Part shown: one piece after another, positions 28,333 through 43,383 of the stretch | Numbering within the stretch: position 1 is the stretch's first letter | Layout: each line of letters opens with the position of its first letter | Assembly (NCBI GenBank): GCA_964016885.1 | Contig: OZ024741.1 | Location: 98,580,001-98,644,000, forward strand | Source: Eledone cirrhosa | Taxonomy: Eukaryota | Direction: 5' to 3' | Length of the DNA: 64,000 nt | Made by a program: the position numbers and the translations under genes | Notes under the pieces: generated by a model | Databases searched by the model: none | The model's input: only the letters and a program-made list of their open reading frames with translations | Told to the model about the DNA's origin: nothing

Positions 28333-28819
28333 CATTAAATGATTTATTCGACAAGCACATGTTGGGGACCGGAAGACGATACAAACACTAAATCATGTTG
28401 TCAATCTCCCTCTATCCCCTGCTCTCTATTATCTCCTTTTCTTTCACACATTCTCTTTTTGACATGTTCGCAGCGACATTTGTTGGCCATGCTGTTGCAG
28501 CTGATAAGGAATGTTGATCAGCCTGATATTCACTATGTTGATGATGAAGATGATGATGATAATTGTAATTATCATCATCATCGCGATAACAACGATGATC
28601 ATCTGACAGTTCTAAATGTTTAATTCCACACCCAACACCGATCGTCCTTCACCTTTCAGAAAACCACCAAACTAATGTACAGAGCCTGGAAAACAAAATG
28701 CATTATATATTAACTTTTCAATTGCATTTGTGATATTATTTTACACGTTTTTATTGTATGTAAACTGCCCCCTTTGTATTTGTCCCCTTCTTGTGTGCCC
28801 CTGTGGCTAATAAAGAAAC

Positions 28820-29335
<516 letters not shown>

Positions 29336-29496
29336 AAAAGTTAGTACAGCATAATCGACGCTCTGGCTGCAGCTAAGCTAACGAATGCAATCTGGATGTG
29401 CAGCTAAGCACTCAATAAGGTATATTACCTTAGAATTATAACATTACGTTTAGACAGCTTTGTAGATTCAAGACATCGACCGATAAGCGAGCCGCA

Positions 29497-29553
<57 letters not shown>

Positions 29554-30871
29554 CCAAGCCGTCTACCACTTCATCAACTCACACACATAAGCACAAAAAT
29601 CTATAAGATTCTAGCCTATTTTAATCTCAGTAGAAGTAGGGAGATATGTAGTCTTGTATTTGCTGAGATTAAGTTTGTGACGGGGAATGGATTACAACCT
29701 TAACGATTTATAACGAAAGGCTTTCAAATGTTGTTCATAAACATCCCGTATATTATTCAATATACAATACATATATATATACATATATATATATATATGT
29801 GTGTGTGTGTCTGTGTGTGCGTGTGTTGGAACACAAATACAAATGTGTACGTTTGAATATATATATATATATGTGTGTGTGTATGTTTGTATGTATCTAT
29901 CTATCTATCTATCCATGTATCTATATATGTACGCATGTATGTATCTGAGTGTGTATGTGTGTTTGTATGATGTATGTGTGTGTGCATGTGTATGTTCCAA
30001 GCTGAAGGTGACATTCTTGCCTATAGGATGATGAAATTCTGTATGGGAGTATACTATTCAAGGAACTTTTCTGGGGTGTTTCGTACCTAATTTCATTTGC
30101 GCTATGGTGACACAAGACTGAAACATAGTATATAGAGAAGAAAATACAAAAAGGTATGTATTCACTTACAAGGGGTAAAGGACCACTAGAGTGAAAAACA
30201 TAAAGTCTAAGAAAGGATAGGAAAATACATATTAATTAAAAGATTAAATCAAAATTCATAGACCAACCTTTTATAACTATACAAACCTGAACAAACTCTA
30301 ATAATAGAAGGCGTCGCCATAAAAAATGTCGATTCCATGACTCTTAGGGCTTCTGAACAGGTGTAAAGACAACATGGTCAACACTTCTAAAAATATTTCA
30401 GACAACTGAAATATCGCACACGGTGAAAAAGACGAAAACATGCGCGCTACACAGTACATAGTGGCTTAAATGGATCAAAAGACCGCTAGAAATAGCAGCC
30501 TACAACCATTCAACTTAAGAAGCTCAACTTACATAAGGAAATGAGTTATGAGCCCAAATATCAAATGAAAAAAACGGAGTTTAAAATTCACGCGAATCCC
30601 CTGTAATTACTGGGGATTTAACGAGTTTTTAACACCATTATTTTCATTATATATATATATATATATTATAAGTAAGTATACGTACATACATATATGTATA
30701 CAGACGTACAGTAGTATGTATATATACATACATGCACACATATATATATGTACGTATGGATTCATCGAACATTTATTATAATGCTCGGTGTGTTTGTAAA
30801 CAACATCCCGAATTAAGCCGTACAATGTCTAGCAACCATCGTTGCTCATCTGTTCAACACTGACAAAGGAA

Positions 30872-30912
30872 CGCTGTACTAGTTTCAAGCTCATTAGCTA
30901 TCGTCAGCAACG
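30872..30912 (-). ncRNA. Minimal type I hammerhead ribozyme (family D)
   Basis: CGTTG CTGACGA tAGCT-aatg-AGCTt GAAA CTAG TA CAGCG. Confidence 0.85.
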
Positions 30913-31302
30913 TATACCTTCCTGCCAGATGATTGAACGTCTGAAAGTATATACTTTCCTTATGCATATTAACGGCTGAGCAGCCTAATTTGCATATAGA
31001 GTGAGTTATTCGGCCGGGGTACCGAAAACGATAAACGGAAAAAATGAAACGAAATTTCATTTCTCACTCTTAGTACGGCTGTTACTTAAATATAAGTATG
31101 TATACGTACATACATATATGTATACAGACGTACAGTAGTATGTATATATATATATACATGCATGCACACATATATATATGTACGTATGGATTCACCGAAC
31201 ATTTATTATAATGCTCGGTGTGTTTGTAAACAAACATCCCGAATTAAGCCGTACAGTGTCTAGCAACCATCGTTGCTCATCTGTTCAACACTGACAAAGG
31301 AA

Positions 31303-31343
31303 CGCTGTACTAGTGTCAAGCTTATTAGCTATCGTCAGCAACG
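31303..31343 (-). ncRNA. Minimal hammerhead (family D), core mutated GAAA>GACA
   Basis: Same fold as 30872-30912 with one core substitution. Confidence 0.65.
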
Positions 31344-31764
31344 TATACCTTCCTGCCAGATGATTGAACGTCTGAAAGTATATACTTTCCTTATGCATAT
31401 TAACGGCGGAGCTAGACACTGTACGGCTTAATTCGGGATGTTTGTTTACAAACACACCGAGCATTATAATAAATGTTCGGTGAATCCATACGTGCATATA
31501 TATATACATGTGTGCATGTATGTATATATATATACATACTACTGTACGTCTGTATACATATATGTATGTACGTATACATACTTATATTTAAGTAACAGCC
31601 GTACTAAGAGGGCGAAATGAAATTTCGTTTCATTTTTTCCGTTTATCGTTTTCGGTACCCCGGCCGATTAACTCACTCGCTATGCAAATTAGGCTGCTCA
31701 GCCGTTAATATACATAAGGAAAGTATATACTTTCAGACGTTCAATCATCTGGCAAGAAGTTATA

Positions 31765-31805
31765 CGTTGCTGACGATAGCTAATAAGCTTGAAACTAGTA
31801 CAGCA
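31765..31805 (+). ncRNA. Minimal type I hammerhead ribozyme (family D)
   Basis: CGTTG CTGACGA tAGCT-aata-AGCTt GAAA CTAG TA CAGCA. Confidence 0.82.
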
Positions 31806-32192
31806 TTCCTTTGTCAGTGTTGAATAGATGAGCAACGATGGTTGCTAGATACTGTAAGGCTTAATTGGGGATGTTTGTTTACAAACACACCGAGCATTAT
31901 AATAAATGTCCGGTAAATCCATACGTACATATATATATGTGTGCATGTATGTATATATATATACATACTACTGTACGTCTGTATACATATATGTATGTAC
32001 GTATACATACTTATATTTAAGTAACAGCCGTACTAAGAGTGAGAAATGAAATTTCGTCTCAGTTTTTCCGTTTATATATATATTATATATATATATATAC
32101 ACGTAGAAATAGCCGTCGAATATATATATGTATAGTCCAGAAATAGCCCTCGAGACGGCTTGAGCTCTGCCGTCGGGGTCATACTTTTTCCA

Positions 32193-32290
<98 letters not shown>

Positions 32291-32319
32291 AGAGAGAGAA
32301 ATATATATATATATACATA

Positions 32320-32355
<36 letters not shown>

Positions 32356-33763
32356 GCATAGTCACGATTTCATCAGAAATGATGGTCGTACGCTTTTGCA
32401 GATAGAACGTTGTTTATTCTAGCAGAAGCTACACTTTATACAGATGTTTGTCAGTGTTGAGAAATGTTAAAACTCGTGAGTGCTCGAGAGATGAAAGTAA
32501 TCAAATCCAGGTGATTGGTGATGTATATATTTCTGTAGTGTAAATTATCGGCAACAACGAACCGAAATAAAAGTTGTTACAGATTAAAGAGCCAACGTCG
32601 AAATATCTCACTAGAACAACAAGCGTTTAGCAAATCTGTATTCCATATAGGATTCATACTAGCAATATTTCTAATGAGTTCAAATCCTGTCGAGGTTAGC
32701 TTTGCCTTTCATCTTTACAAGGTCGATAAAATAAATATCCAGTAATGCACTGGGGTCGGTTTAATCGACTTTCTCCTCCCCCAAATTGTTGGCCGTGTGC
32801 CCTAATCAGAAACCAATATTTTTAGTGAGTTGCAGATGTGAATACATATGCTGTTGATTGTGCGTGAGTTATCTAAAGATGTTCCAAAGAGTAAGAAACT
32901 GACAGATGTCCACTAGCCTTTATGACCACTGACCAGAGAAATAGTGTGTTTTGTTATATGGTGCGCCAGACCGACTGAAAGAAAGCCAACTGGCTGCCCT
33001 GTCATGTATATCACAGGATGTCCCGCAGGGTAGTCAAACAGCGAGAATTTTGTGCGGCAAGCTGCAAAATAAATTATATTTATGAAAGAAGAGAAGTTGT
33101 ATGTGTGGATGGTGTATATGAAAACAAAATAATGAAATTAGCAATTCTTCTACGTTTGCATGTTTAACAAAGAAAGAAAAAGAGAAACAATTAAATAACA
33201 AAAATAGGAAGACGAGATAGTTTGCGACAGACACTACACTCCTGTCTATGTGATATGTATTAGCTGCGCCCCACGGACAAAATGTTGATAGCATTACCAC
33301 AGAGAAGAGTGTGTGATACTTGATGCATCAGCCATTTCTTCTCACGAGGCATCTTCAATCAGGATGCACTTTTTTCCAATTTCGCGGAAACAGGCACGAA
33401 AAGCAAGCAGTCAGTCAAGTCCCGGTGTTTAGCTATCACATATTCCTCTGCCTTACATGTGAATATGCTCGGGTTTGTAGCCGAAGAGAAGCATACAATA
33501 ATGAACGCATTAAATGGGGTAGCCTCGACAACTAGTTTCCTCAAGTCATCTTCTGATAATATCGTTCAAGGGAGCGTGCCGAGGAATCCGACCTGCACGG
33601 TGGTCATATAAGTGCGGGTGAAGTTCAAACTGTTGAATATGAAGAAACAAGATGGTAATATGTCGGCGTCATAGATTCGTTACAGATATCATTAATTCTC
33701 TCTCTCTCTCTCCCTATATATATATATATGCATTGCTTTATTGTGCTACAATAAAACTCACCT

Positions 33764-33805
<42 letters not shown>

Positions 33806-33809
33806 TTAT

Positions 33810-34203
33810 TATTTCTACTTTTGGCACAAGGCCAGCAATTATCGCAGTGCATTACTGGTACTTTATTTCATCGACCCCGTAAGGATGAAAGGCAAAGTTA
33901 ACTTCGGCGGGATTTGAACTCAGACCATAAAGGGCCGTAACTATTTGCGTCAAAGCATTGCGTCCGACCCTCTACTGATACTGCCAATCCACCGCCCTTA
34001 ATAATAAAAATAATAATTGTTTCTACTTTTGGCACAAGGCCAGCGATTACCAGTATATTACTGGTACTTTATTTTATCGACCCCCGTAAGGATGAAAGGC
34101 AAAGTTAACCTCGGCGGGATTTGAACTCAGAACGTAAAGGGACGTATCTATACTGGAAAGCATGGCATCCAACCCGCCACCGATACTGCCAATTCACCGC
34201 CCT
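33810..34203 (-). mobile_element. Two tandem S1 SINEs (33810-34000, 34016-34203)
   Basis: Reverse-complement matches to the S1 body and boxes. Confidence 0.85.
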
Positions 34204-34352
34204 AATAATAATAATAATAATGATACTATTTATAGTTATGTATATACTAAAAACAACTATAAACATTGATAATGTTCCGATGATTCAAACGTAAGTTTGG
34301 AAGAAACGATTGTCAGCAATTAAATAATTTGAACATAACTTTGACAAATGTG

Positions 34353-34446
<94 letters not shown>

Positions 34447-35023
34447 ATGTGCGTCTGTGTATATATATATATGTGTGTGTGTGAGTGTGTGTATGTGTCT
34501 GTGTATATGTGTGTATGTGTGTATGTGTGTCTGTCTGCACGTGCGTGTATGTGTAACAAGTTAACAGAAATAACAAAGCAAACTACGCACTGCAATAAAA
34601 GATATATTAGTTTAATGCTTGAGGAGAAAAAGGATGGAGGAAGTATACATATATATATATATATACATGTATGTGTATATATGCATATATATATGCATGT
34701 ATGTGTATATATGCATGTATGTGTATATATGCATATATGTGTATAAGTGTTTATATGTATGCATTTACGTATATATCTTTTCGTTATTTGCCTTTCATTT
34801 GCTAGTGAATTTTATCGTCGTTATTGCTATTATTGTTGTTGTTGTTTTCTACGGATTCATAAGTAACCGAGAAATGTAAGGCCAAAGGTCATGTGAAGGC
34901 TTATATATTACTTTTATTGTTCCTACAGTTGCGACGATATGCTTGTAGTACTTGGTTAAATTTGAAACTCTTTCCTCCGTTACCCCTATCCATACGTTAT
35001 TTTGTGTTTCACCCGCCCTTCTT

Positions 35024-35141
<118 letters not shown>

Positions 35142-35439
35142 GCGTGAGTGTATGTGCGTATGTGTTTGTGTCTATGTATATGTGTATATATATATATATC
35201 TATGCGTGCGTGTGTACATGTTTTGTTTGTGCTATTTCCAATATCTCTCATTCCTTTTCTTTTTCCTACAATTCTTTCTATCTATCTCTCCAACAACCAC
35301 CAACACTATCCCCGCCACCATAGCCACATCCACCATCAACACCACAACTACCACTATAACTCTAACAACAACCACAACCACCACCACCACCACGAACCAC
35401 ACTTTCACTATTATCATCTTTAATCTCGTTTTACGACCT

Positions 35440-35504
<65 letters not shown>

Positions 35505-35567
35505 GTAGTAGTAGTAGTAGTAGTAGTAGTTCTACTGTTACTACTGCTAGTAGTACTACTGCTGCTG

Positions 35568-35620
<53 letters not shown>

Positions 35621-35727
35621 GCTACTACTGCCGCCACCACCACTCGTACCACCACCACCACCACTACCACCGCCACTATTACTACTACTACTACTGTTGC
35701 TGCTGCTACTACTACTACTACTATTAC

Positions 35728-35762
<35 letters not shown>
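35440..35762. repeat. Compound trinucleotide microsatellite (TAC)n/(TAG)n/(TAT)n
   Basis: Read directly. Confidence 0.9.
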
Positions 35763-35763
<1 letters not shown>

Positions 35764-36114
35764 CGACATTCCCAACCCCGTGTCGTCCTAAAATATATTT
35801 ATACGTACTTTTCTCACTATTGTTCTTGCGTCATTTGTGTGCTAGGAGCGTGAGAATGGTCGACAAACAAACGTTAAGATAGATTAACTGTATGGGGTTA
35901 CAGATAATTCCACTACTCTGACAATGTAATCTCAAAATGCAGGAAACCTGGCAACATTACTATCCTTCAGGCCAATCAAACAATAAAAAAATAATAAAAA
36001 ATAAATGACTACCTTAATAACACACATCCTCTTACCACCACTTCTATCAACGCTTTAAGCACAGACGACATTGTCGATACTGCCACCTGTCATAAGATAT
36101 ACAAGTGAATATGC

Positions 36115-36220
<106 letters not shown>

Positions 36221-36302
36221 GTATGTATATTTGTATATATATATATACATATACATATATATATATATATATATATATCTATATATTTGTATGTATATTT
36301 GT

Positions 36303-36336
<34 letters not shown>

Positions 36337-36347
36337 ATATATATATC

Positions 36348-36390
<43 letters not shown>

Positions 36391-36393
36391 AGG

Positions 36394-36469
<76 letters not shown>

Positions 36470-36471
36470 GG

Positions 36472-36502
<31 letters not shown>

Positions 36503-36634
36503 TATATATATACATATATATATGTATATATATATGTATGTATATATATATATATGTATATATATCCACACACAAATATATGTAAACACACATACTCACA
36601 TACACACGCACACACAGACACACAGACACACACA

Positions 36635-36685
<51 letters not shown>

Positions 36686-36990
36686 CTATAGTAAAATCCA
36701 TCACATGACAACCACTTTGTGATAAACTTTTGGGAATTGGTAATTCGAGAATGCATGTGGTGTATGTAATATCTTCCTCACTACCTCTCACTGTCACACA
36801 CATCGTTGACAAGACACATCCCCCCTCTGCTCTGTGGTATGGCAACAACTATCATGAGCTATTTACCTATATCTTATAATAAATGCTTGCATTTATCCAT
36901 TAGAATCTTTCTTTGAGCTTCTTCTATAGAGATTTTCTCAAACATGACATGTAGGTTTTTTAATGTAATATATATATATGTATGTATATA

Positions 36991-37061
<71 letters not shown>

Positions 37062-37065
<4 letters not shown>

Positions 37066-37278
37066 AACGAGTAGGACCCCGACGGCTGAGCTGAAGCCGT
37101 TTCGATGGCTAATTCTCGACTAAATGTGCCTTGAGTCCTTTAGTCCAGAATTAGCCGTCGAAACGGCTTGAGCTCAGCCGTTGGGGTCCTACTCGTTCCT
37201 ATTACCCACTCTACTACCCTAAGTATTGAGTACTTTGGTGCGTTATGCTCCATCTGGCTCCTTACCACATTTCCTTCG

Positions 37279-37280
<2 letters not shown>
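37062..37280. mobile_element. Family B foldback element, short copy
   Basis: Same termini as 20413-20600, with ~62-bp arms. Confidence 0.85.
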
Positions 37281-37346
<66 letters not shown>

Positions 37347-37497
37347 TGTGTGTGTGTGTTAAATATATATAGTGTGAGTGTGCATGTGTGTTTGTACACA
37401 GAGGGAGACGTGTTGGCCAATGGCTCTCTACTTATATATCTATCTTCTGACAATAAATGCATGTATCTGTCTGGCTATCTGTCAACCTCTCTGTGTA

Positions 37498-37554
<57 letters not shown>

Positions 37555-37719
37555 GTCTGTCTGTCTGTCTCTTTGTGTGTCTTTTTGTGTGTATGTCTAT
37601 CTATTTTCCTATCTATACAGTGGTTGCCACAGTGACAAGAGGTAGATGGTCAACGTTGCAGGCATTTTTACATAGAATGTTGTAATGAAGGAATTATTAA
37701 ATTAACACTTTTTACTATG

Positions 37720-37960
37720 AACCCCATATTTATATTTCACTGGAGGCAATGCCCCCCGTCCTTGGTCCCTCAGTTTCCAGAGGCTAACGATTTACTTGTT
37801 ACTCATGCTGCGGCATCCTACGTTCATGTAATGTCTGAGCCTAGGCGTTGGGGCTGGTCTTACGATATTGACGTATGTCTTCAACAGCTTCAGAACCATA
37901 GCGTAGAAGCACTGTATTTTTAAAGTCATGGCAGAAGGTCGCTCAATAGGTGGTCATACT
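37720..37960 (-). pseudogene. Decayed RTE-like LINE fragment
   Basis: Minus-strand VLLRYGSEA followed by a W...R.GR-like remnant. Confidence 0.4.
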
Positions 37961-38376
37961 TGTCAGTGTTCACATATATATGTCTGTGTATTGCAGGACA
38001 TCTTTGTATAATTAAGTAAGCACCATGTTTATTTCAGCCTTGAGAATATGTAATATATCCATTTTTGGGGTTTAGTTTATTTTTTAGTTTTTTTTTTTTT
38101 GCATTGTCTCTCTTTTGTTGTTTCATTGGAAATATTTACCGATGCAAGTTTACTTCGAAACTTATCAATCTCTATATGTTAATGTATATCACAGAGAGAC
38201 CCAGAGAGAAAGAAAGAGGATGAGTTTGTCTAAATATAAAGGACAACAACAGAGCCTTTAACAGAACGAAATGACAAGTGTATTGGGCAGAAAACCAACA
38301 GCCAATCGACCACTGGAGATTTGAGAATGGTGAAATGTAGCATGACGATTGACAGAAGAAGAAGAAGAAGAAGAAG

Positions 38377-38407
<31 letters not shown>

Positions 38408-39100
38408 GATGACAAAGATGTAGAGTTTGAGCTGGAGAATGGAGTAGAGAAAGTAAGATGAAGAGGATATTGCCTGTAATGCAACACACTAGAAGTAAAC
38501 AATAAAGCTGTTTACATGCAATGCATGTCTTTATGTGGATTTTGTGTGGTGTATTGACATTATGTCTTTATTTACAACACCTGCTCCTTGACTTGGACTT
38601 TACCTACTTTACTGTTCTTCTTTCTCTTTCTATTGTTAATAACCTCATCATTATTGTCATTGGCATCAAGACGTTTTATTTAATTAGTTTTTACCATATA
38701 ATCTATTATTATATCTATACATTTTTATATATATTTAAATGATGACAATGTTATTATTGTCATGTATTGACGTCTTTTTCGTAGCTCTTCCGCCAGCTAT
38801 AGAAAATGTCATTGTTGCTGTTATTGTTGTTACTATTTTACTTTGAATTCTGCGTTACTGTGCGTGTTGATGGTGTTCTTGGTGTTACTCTCTCCCTCTC
38901 TCTCTCTCGCGATCTCTCTTTCAGTCACCCATCCCACACATCGTCTCCCACATCACTCTCCCTTTCTCTCTAACCCTTTCCCTCTTACTCCCTGACTCAA
39001 TGTATTGACATTATAAGCTTCCTCTTTATCCACTTATGTCTAAAACGAAATAAATATTTACAAGGACACGCACGCACCCGCCCCCACTCACACACACACA

Positions 39101-39140
<40 letters not shown>

Positions 39141-39938
39141 CGTACAGTTACATGCACCTAAGTATACACCTGCATACGCTTACACGCACCGACACACACA
39201 AACACAAAAGGAACATATTTTCGTGTCCACAGTTTTCCTCTAGGACGTGTTCCCTTCTTTACAAAATGCGTGCAACATCGAAGACAACTACTTATGCTCT
39301 AATGTAAATCTGTGTACATTTGTACTGGTTCAATTCAATCGTATCGCTGAAAAGAAGCAAAGAGAAAATGTATGACAAAAAAATAATAGATAGAAAGAAT
39401 ACATGTCCTTACTTTATGTTTTGTATTTAGATTAACTGGAAAATTAATAATCGTTCCTGCTTTAAACATTATGCATCTTAACTCTATCAGTATTTATTTA
39501 TACAATGCCATCAGGTTTTCGTGTGCTGGAAGTCCTTCAAACCAGCCAAACCGAGCTGAAATTTCGTTATTTAAATACAACTTAGGTAAGGTGTAGACAA
39601 GGGAGAGAGAGAGAGAAAGAGAGAGAGAGAAGATGAAGAAGAAATCAAGAGAGAGATGGGAGAGACAGAGACGAGTGGCATATTAACAAAAATTGGGAGA
39701 AAATCGTCTTACAGAATAAACATGCACTGTACACATATTTGCACATACATAGAAAGAGAGAAAAGGAGAGGGAATGACACAGTCAGAGAGGGAGAGAGAG
39801 AATACACAAATACTGTTAACGGTAAATTAAAGACACAGAAGAAATCCATTTTAATTATTGGGTAGTTAGCACTTTGGTAGATTGCTTTCGCTTCCACTCC
39901 CTTAGTTTCTCTCCCAATTTATTTACCTACCTACTCGC

Positions 39939-40011
<73 letters not shown>

Positions 40012-40058
40012 TATATATATATAAATATATAAATATATATAAATATATATATATATAA

Positions 40059-40126
<68 letters not shown>

Positions 40127-40194
40127 GCGGGTAGCTAGGTAAATAGATTGAGCAAGAGACATATATATATATTATTTTTTTTAAATATATATAC

Positions 40195-40232
<38 letters not shown>

Positions 40233-40662
40233 GTGTATATATATATAAATATACCCGGGAGAGATGACCCCTTAGCCTTTGTCAAGGCAGAATTCTAGGA
40301 GAAGGAAAACTCTGATATAACACCTGCAACCCTGATGGTATCCAATGATGTTGACTTGTTCTTCTTTTTGGTAAATATCATCTTGGTTAAGAGAGTGGGA
40401 CTGGCTTTGTGCAGTGCCTTTGCTCACTATAAAAGCTTCACGGCACAGGCATTGCTTTATATCTGGAGATCTCTCTGCACTTGTCGTCACATGGTAGCAT
40501 GGGCCCAGCACTATGTGTCAATAATTGTCACAAGTGTAATGTTTGTACCAGAGTTTTCAAGTCGCTGGCTGGACTAAAAAGTCACACTCGTTCAGCGCAT
40601 CGGTAGGGTTCTCCTACATGCATGTAATGTAGTGGCCGTACTTGAAAACGATTTGGAAGTCA

Positions 40663-40712
<50 letters not shown>

Positions 40713-40724
40713 GGAACACGTAAG

Positions 40725-40818
40725 ACCCCGACGGCTGAGCTCAAGCCGTTTCGACGGCTAATTCTGGACTGAATGAAAATTTATTCTGGTATTTAAATAG
40801 CCGAGCTTATCAAGGGGT
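40725..40818 (-). ncRNA. Type I hammerhead with U3-A8 core (family B, inverted copy)
   Basis: Reverse complement of 41121-41214. Confidence 0.78.
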
Positions 40819-41120
40819 AATTCCATATATGGTCAAAGAGACAATCACCAGGATTGGTCACATCACAAGTTAGTAGTAAATCGGTGATGGCAAATTGGTG
40901 GGGGAAGGGGTAGCTAAACCTGCCGGTAGGAGAAAAAAGGGAGAGGTGGTGGAGTAGACCCATTCATGCGTTGGTAGTGCCGGCTACAGGTAGCCGGCAC
41001 TACCAACGCATGAATGGGTCTACTCCACCCCCCCCCCCCACCAATTTGCCATCACCGATTTACTACTAACTTGTGATGTGACCAATCCTGGTGATTGTCT
41101 CTTTGACCATATATGGAATT

Positions 41121-41214
41121 ACCCCTTGATAAGCTCGGCTATTTAAATACCAGAATAAATTTTCATTTAGTCCAGAATTAGCCGTCGAAACGGCTTGAGC
41201 TCAGCCGTCGGGGT
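41121..41214 (+). ncRNA. Type I hammerhead with U3-A8 core and extended stem II (family B)
   Basis: ACCCC TTGATAA GctCGGCTA-[~37 nt]-TAGCCGtC GAAA CGGCT-tgagctc-AGCCG TC GGGGT. Confidence 0.8.
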
Positions 41215-41305
41215 CTTACTTGTTCCTATTACCCACTCTACTACCCTAAGTATTGAGTACTTTGGTGCGTTATGGTCCACCTGGTTCCTTACCACATTTC
41301 CTTCG

Positions 41306-41352
<47 letters not shown>

Positions 41353-41360
41353 TAAGCACA

Positions 41361-42273
41361 CAGTATTATTGATTTAGGTGTTGCAGAAACCCAATTTCGG
41401 AGTATTCCATCTTCCCCAAGGGTCCGGGTAACTATTTCAATCATATCTCATTTTGTTTGACCCGTTTAGCTTGTTCGCTTTTTTGGCTATGGTGGTTAAT
41501 GGCTTCTTAACCATCGTCTCAGCGTGTATGACCATTATAACTTATGTTTATAGCTCTGGTATCTTCTTCATATCCATGGAGCGCTTGTCTGCACAATATG
41601 GAAGTTGCGTTTCACTAATTTCGACTCACCGAAATGCGATTCTCGCTAAATTTATATTTGTATTAATCTCCCAAGTCAAGCGATTAACAAGTTAATTTTT
41701 TTTGAGGGGGTTTAGTTAATTCTATTGACTGATTAATCGCTTAAGTTTATTTTAAAAACAAGTCGGTCGAGAGCTTAATTATTTTTGTGCGGTTTTTGCA
41801 AATTTTTGCCATAACTACACATGCTGAATTCACTAGCCAAAATAGGGGTTTTCTCCCCTTAGAATCTCACATGTGCTTTCATAACCTGCGAGATTCTGGC
41901 GCAAGAACAAAAACCTGTTGTGAAAGCGATGCCTTGTTCGATCATTATACCAACAGCTTATTTTTTATAAGCAGACAGTATTATTGATTTAGGTGTTGCA
42001 GAAACCCAATTTCGGAGTATTCCATCTTCCCCGAAGGTCCGGGTAACTATTTCAATCATATCTCATTTTGTTTGACCCGTTTAGCTTGTTCGCTTTTTTG
42101 GATATGGTGATTAATGGCTTCTTAACCATCGTCTCAGCGTGTATGACCATTTTAACTTATGTTTATAGCTCTGGTATCTTTTTCATATCCATGGAGCGCT
42201 TCTCTGCACAATATGGAAGTTGCGTTTCGCTAATTTCTACTCGCCGAAATGCGATTCTCGCTAAATTTATATT

Positions 42274-42280
<7 letters not shown>
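41361..42280 (+). repeat. Partial tandem element (~300-bp direct repeats, 615-bp period) between (TA)n tracts
   Basis: cagtattattgatttagg occurs at 41361 and 41976. A diverged relative lies at 15131-15372. Confidence 0.8.
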
Positions 42281-42307
<27 letters not shown>

Positions 42308-43135
42308 CCTGGTTTGTGCAAATTCTTTCAGTGACTGATGTTGGTGTTTGACAGAAATAAAAAAAGATTTGAAGATATATTAAGTAGGTATTTTGAAAGT
42401 ATTGATTTGCTTGTGTATAAAACAGATTATTGGTTTGGTTAGTTAACGAGCTTTCGCTATGTGTGATCATTTAGCTATTGAACATCATTTACAAGCATCA
42501 AATTCAGAGCAACATCATTAGAAATAAAAATGGGTTCCTGTTTAAATATTTGTGTTGAGAGTATAAGTGGTAACAATGCATCAGTTTTGTTGAATTAAAA
42601 AAAAAAAGATAACTGACACGTAAATGAAGGCCAGAAAGCCTTCAATACTTGCAAATAAAAAAAAAATGTTTTTGTTTTTGCTGTTCTTGTTGTTGAGTGG
42701 GTGGGATTAGTGTGATTGTTTAGTCGCAAGCAAGCTCCGATGAAGTGAATCTTTGATCAAAGATATTCTATATTTTTCCGTTCAGTATTTTGTTTATATA
42801 TCGATGATCATGTGGTCAAGGTGTCTGCTTTGCAATACCGTGGTCCTGGATTCAATCCCACTGCATGGTACCTCGAGAAAGTGGTTTGACCATAACCTCG
42901 ATCTGTGCCATGCCTGCTGAATTGAATTTACTAGAGAGAAAGTTTAGCAGTCTGCCTCATATATATATGAAAAATTTGGGACCCCGATGGCTGAACTCCT
43001 GCCGTTCAACAGCTAGATAACGATAGGAGCTCAGCCATGGGAGTCGCAAATTGTTCATATTACCCACTCTACTACCCCAATTATCGAGTACTCTGGTGAG
43101 TAATTGTCTAACTGGTTTTTACTGCATCCATTCCG

Positions 43136-43172
<37 letters not shown>

Positions 43173-43186
43173 TACAGATTAAAGTT

Positions 43187-43305
43187 TAAGCAAAGAATCG
43201 CTGCTTTCACCCTTAACGGGATAAGCAAAGAATCGCTGCTTTCACCCTTAACGGGATAAGCAAAGAATCGCTGCTTTCACCCTTAACGGGAAGTAAAGAA
43301 TCGCT
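43187..43305. repeat. 35-bp tandem repeat x3+ inside a TA-flanked element related to 20205-20348 and 24308-24378
   Basis: taagcaaagaatcgctgctttcacccttaacggga at 43187, 43222 and 43257. Confidence 0.9.
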
Positions 43306-43383
43306 CTACGGTTCTTATATATTTGATATATATTTATCCTTATCGAGCCCTCTTTGGATTTTAGTCTTCAAATTTATTATTAT

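Larger units (their letters stand above)
30668..32073. mobile_element. Retrozyme-like element family D: ~431-bp HHR monomers, about 1.7 copies on minus (30668-31409) joined head-to-head to about 1.5 copies on plus (31411-32073)
   Basis: HHR recurs at 30872 and 31303, and the gctaga motif recurs at 31411 and 31844. (TA)n at both ends. Confidence 0.88.
40709..41307. mobile_element. Family B foldback element, long copy with complete HHRs
   Basis: Inverted arms centred near 40988 (gtgccggctac-ag-gtagccggcac). Same termini as the other family B copies. Confidence 0.9.

Noticed and set aside
27358-28384. Long poly-Asp/Met/His/Ile ORFs
   Set aside because: They are translations of a (GAT)n microsatellite that is open in several frames on both strands.
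43187-43305. 35-bp repeats resembling a CRISPR array
   Set aside because: There are no spacers, the units are directly tandem, and the context is eukaryotic with no cas genes.
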